Positions 17,512-20,000 of a stretch of DNA of 20,000 bases are shown piece by piece. Made by a program: the position numbers and the translations under genes. The stretch's first letter is position 1, and each line of letters begins with the position of its first letter. Origin of the DNA: Catajapyx aquilonaris (taxonomy: Eukaryota); assembly GCA_000934665.2 (NCBI GenBank), contig KZ538382.1, positions 56,573 to 76,572 on the forward strand. The letters run 5' to 3'. Under the pieces are notes generated by a model. The model had not been told where the DNA came from, did no database searches, and worked only from the letters and a program-made list of their open reading frames with translations.

Positions 17512-19055
17512 GTGATGATGACCTGTCTACACCGCTCAGGCTGCTGGTCACAAACACGTTACTTAAGGAAACAATGGGCCAGACTTAACGCAATGCGCTT
17601 TCTAGATCGCACGACTCCTTCTGGCAAGCTGATTGATGAGTATCTTAGATGCAAGAGTGAGTTGGATGACAGGTCCATCCATCTGCTATTTACTGCTAAC
17701 AGATGGGAGCTTAGGTAAGTCCAGTATTTTCACACATGCCCTATATGTGACTGGATATGACACATTGGTGTAAAAGGTAATTAATTGATATTTTTGTACA
17801 TCAGCCTCCAACTGGGACAATTGGAAGTTGCAATAAAAAGCAATGTCACACCCCGATTTTCACAAATCAGAAAATTACAGGAACCAATTAGGATAAAGGT
17901 GCGTTTACATGCGAGCGATATTACGAGCGAAGTCTTCGCCAAGCGATAACATCGCTGAGTAACCCAAGTAACGAGGATTGTTTGAGACGAAAATCGATTG
18001 CTACTCTCACCTCAAGCAATATTGGTTACTTTGCTCCACTTCGCTTGTCAAATCGCTCACATATAAACACACCGAAGCAGGTTGGCATAGTGGATAAGGC
18101 GTCCGACTGCTAATCGGGAGGTCCTGGGTTCGAATCCCGGGGCCGGCAACTCTGACCGTGGTTTTCTGTGGTTTCCCACGGTCCTTCCGGGGAAATTCCG
18201 GAGTTGCTTCCGTAATTAATAGGCCACAGCCGCTTCCTTCCGTCCCTATCCTATCCCAAAGAGCACAGTAAAATGAAAAGCAAAGAGTTCCAGGCAAAAC
18301 AAACTTCCCCCCTGAAGAGCCGATGGCTGATAACGGGGTATGAATTATTATTTATTACATGTAAACACACCTTAAAGCTTTATTTAACTTATACTTCCAA
18401 TATTATTAGTTTAAATTTCCAATAAAAGTTATTGCATGCAGCACATTCTTTCTGGTTATAAGAAAAGGTGACTTTTGTGTTTACAGGTCGAAAGTTATTC
18501 AACAGTTATGTGCTGGAACTACCCTAATTGTAGACCGCTATTCCTACTCAGGAGTTGCATTCTCATCAGCCAAAGAAGTAGGCACAATTATTGTTTTTGC
18601 TAAAATATTTACTTCCGAAAAATTTATCCATGTTAATTTCAGGGTATGAACATGAAGTGGTGCTGCCAGCCTGAAATTGGGCTGCCAAAACCTGATGCTG
18701 TATTTTATCTTCAACTGAGCCAACAGGCGGCAGCTCTCAGAGGACAGTATGGGATGGAGAGATATGAGAAGCGAGACTTTCAGGAGAGGGTACAGCAAAA
18801 CTACATGAAGCTTGTGGATGACACCTGGAAGGTTAAATTCTGAAGGGTTTTCTAATTGATATTTTTACACTGACAAGAAGTTGCAGGCTTTTGAAATCAT
18901 GTGCTTCATGCTAGGTTCTGAATGCTGACAAGACTGCAGATGCACTACATGCAGAGCTTTTGGCAGCAACTCTTGAGGTAGTGAATCAGGTGAAAGATAG
19001 GACATTGGGAAAACTATGGTCAGATGGATTGCCAGCTGGAGTGGAAGATGCGTAG
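17370..19055 (+). CDS. DTYMK: Thymidylate kinase (dTMP kinase), 5 exons: join(17370..17511,17606..17714,18487..18577,18643..18831,18915..19055), 223 aa
   Basis: GT-AG introns with phases 1,2,0,0 give 672 nt in frame. P-loop RGALIVLEGGDRVGKSTQ, FPDRTT, HLLFTANRWE, LIVDRYSYSGVAFS, GLPKPD and ERYE motifs. Confidence 0.95.
17606..17714 (+). CDS. DTYMK: DTYMK exon 2
   Basis: Acceptor ctttctag, DRTTPSGKLIDEYL...HLLFTANRWEL, donor AG|gtaagt. Confidence 0.93.
17897..18372. mobile_element. PIF/Harbinger-type MITE (~178 bp) interrupted by a SINE, in DTYMK intron 2
   Basis: Left TIR AGGTGCGTTTACATGCGAGCGAT. Right TIR, rebuilt after removing the SINE, is ATCGCTCACATGTAAACACACCT (21/23). TAA flanks at 17894-17896 and 18373-18375. 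Confidence 0.85.
18074..18356 (+). mobile_element. tRNA-derived SINE (283 bp)
   Basis: A box TGGCATAGTGG (18083-18093), B box GGTTCGAATCC (18127-18137), cloverleaf-like head, unrelated body, (ATT)n-like tail. 15-bp target duplication ACATRTAAACACACC at 18059-18073 and 18357-18371. Confidence 0.9.
18487..18577 (+). CDS. DTYMK: DTYMK exon 3 (DRY motif)
   Basis: Acceptor tgtttacag, GTTLIVDRYSYSGVAFSSAKE, donor GAA|gtaggc. Confidence 0.93.
18643..18831 (+). CDS. DTYMK: DTYMK exon 4
   Basis: Acceptor taatttcag, WCCQPEIGLPKPD...ERYE...TWK, donor AAG|gttaaa. Confidence 0.93.
18915..19055 (+). CDS. DTYMK: DTYMK exon 5 (terminal)
   Basis: Acceptor cttcatgctag, VLNADKTADALHAEL...LGKLW...EDA-TAG. Confidence 0.88.
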   Translation, partial: VLNADKTADALHAELLAATLEVVNQVKDRTLGKLWSDGLPAGVEDA

Positions 19056-19210
19056 CATTCCAGATGAGCTTAAGGGCTGCCATTACCCACTTCATCAAGA
19101 TATGCAACACGTGAAAAATAAGGTAATCAGTCTGGCCAAGTTGGGCAGTGTACGATATGGCATAATGTACTCGAAGAATTTATATGCTTGGTGTGCCACA
19201 TCCACATATA

Positions 19211-19310
19211 CAGTAAAACTTAACTATAAGTCGAACTTCCCTAACTCGAAGTGATGGCAGGGCCTTACGATGGGATATCAATGCATTCTCAGTCTCCATA
19301 AGTCGAAGTT
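19211..19310. mobile_element. Possible left end of a Tc1/pogo-like element
   Basis: TA followed by CAGTAAAACT, with repeated ATAAGTCGAA/TAACTCGAA subterminal motifs. No partner end found in the window. Confidence 0.35.
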
Positions 19311-19450
19311 CATGTTGGCAAGTACGGAAAATTTTCTCCTTTCCCAGCCGAAGGGTCGAGAGTAGGCCACATGTACGGAAAGACTCCATTTCCTGATCTC
19401 CGTCTACCAGACGTACCGAAAGAAGCGTTTGACTCGATTGTGACAATAAT

Positions 19451-19905
19451 TAGGCGTATTCGGCAATTCAGGAATCTGACTTCCTGGGCTGTTTGGATGT
19501 TCGGCAAATCAGGTGCCACGCCCCCTGAAGTAAGTGCGCATGCGCCCTACCTGACTTCCCAAGCTCAGGAACTTAGTGTACTCCTGACCTCACTTCCTTG
19601 CTGAGAAACATGGCGGACAACAAATTCATGTTATGGATGCAGCAGTGTTGCCAATGCAAAATGCCCAAAAACCCCGTGAGAGGACCCGAAAATACCCGAT
19701 TTTACCCGCATTTTCATTTTACCCGCACCATTACCCACAAGCGTCCGAAATACCCGAACATTGGCATCACTGGGATGCAGCACAAATGGCGGGTAGGGGG
19801 GTCTTTCAGTTTGGCCGTTCGGCAATAATCTTCTGAGGGGCGGGGCTAACAACTCAGATATCACGTGACGCATCTCAGAAAAATCTGAATTGCCGAATAC
19901 GCCTA
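19451..19905. mobile_element. Non-autonomous TIR element (MITE) with perfect 21-bp terminal inverted repeats; superfamily uncertain
   Basis: TAGGCGTATTCGGCAATTCAG (19451-19471) / CTGAATTGCCGAATACGCCTA (19885-19905). Internal TTCGGCAA repeats. The terminal TA may be the TSD. Confidence 0.85.
19643..19772. mobile_element. hAT-type MITE (130 bp) nested in the preceding element
   Basis: TIR CAGTGTTGCCAATG / CATTGGCATCACTG (13/14). Perfect 8-bp TSD GGATGCAG (19635-19642, 19773-19780). Repeated internal TACCCG motifs. Confidence 0.92.
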
Positions 19906-20000
19906 TTGGGAAGACCCGTAGAAGTGGCTGACACCTGGCGGCTGTCTCGGAAGCTCATTCATGGCGGACAAGGGGGGTTGCTCTCCTAGTCCAGCCATGC

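Noticed and set aside
17114..17515. 133-aa ORF overlapping DTYMK exon 1
   Set aside because: Out of frame with the kinase and no recognisable motif. At most an overlapping upstream ORF if the transcript starts that far 5'.
18076..18148. Functional tRNA-Ser(GCT) gene
   Set aside because: It lacks the long variable arm of tRNA-Ser, has an imperfect acceptor stem and no nearby oligo-T terminator, and continues into a SINE body with tail and TSD.

Overview
Eukaryotic, intron-rich animal DNA, most likely arthropod judging from the protein motifs; the taxon cannot be fixed from sequence alone. The window holds the 3' ~13.5 kb of an alpha-neurexin (Nrx-1/NRXN-like) gene on the + strand. I reconstructed 12 GT-AG exons (1347-14870) that splice in phase into 1277 codons plus stop: end of LNS2, LNS3, EGF2, LNS4, LNS5, EGF3, LNS6, Ser-Gly/Cys-loop stalk, TM helix and a C-terminal KEWYV PDZ-binding motif. 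A probable ~1.9 kb 3' UTR follows, then a complete 5-exon thymidylate kinase gene (DTYMK, 17370-19055, 223 aa). Introns and intergenic DNA carry many small transposons with readable ends: a Tc1/mariner-type MITE enclosing a long hairpin with two CRE palindromes, two PIF/Harbinger-type MITEs (one with a tRNA-derived SINE inserted in its right TIR), a hAT MITE nested in another TIR element, and decayed hAT-, MULE- and non-LTR-like coding remnants. I see no evidence for a new multi-gene system. The best leads are possible alternative processing in the last neurexin intron, complementary C-rich and G-rich tracts flanking the TM-coding sequence, and the nested elements. Family assignments come from recalled motifs, not database searches.
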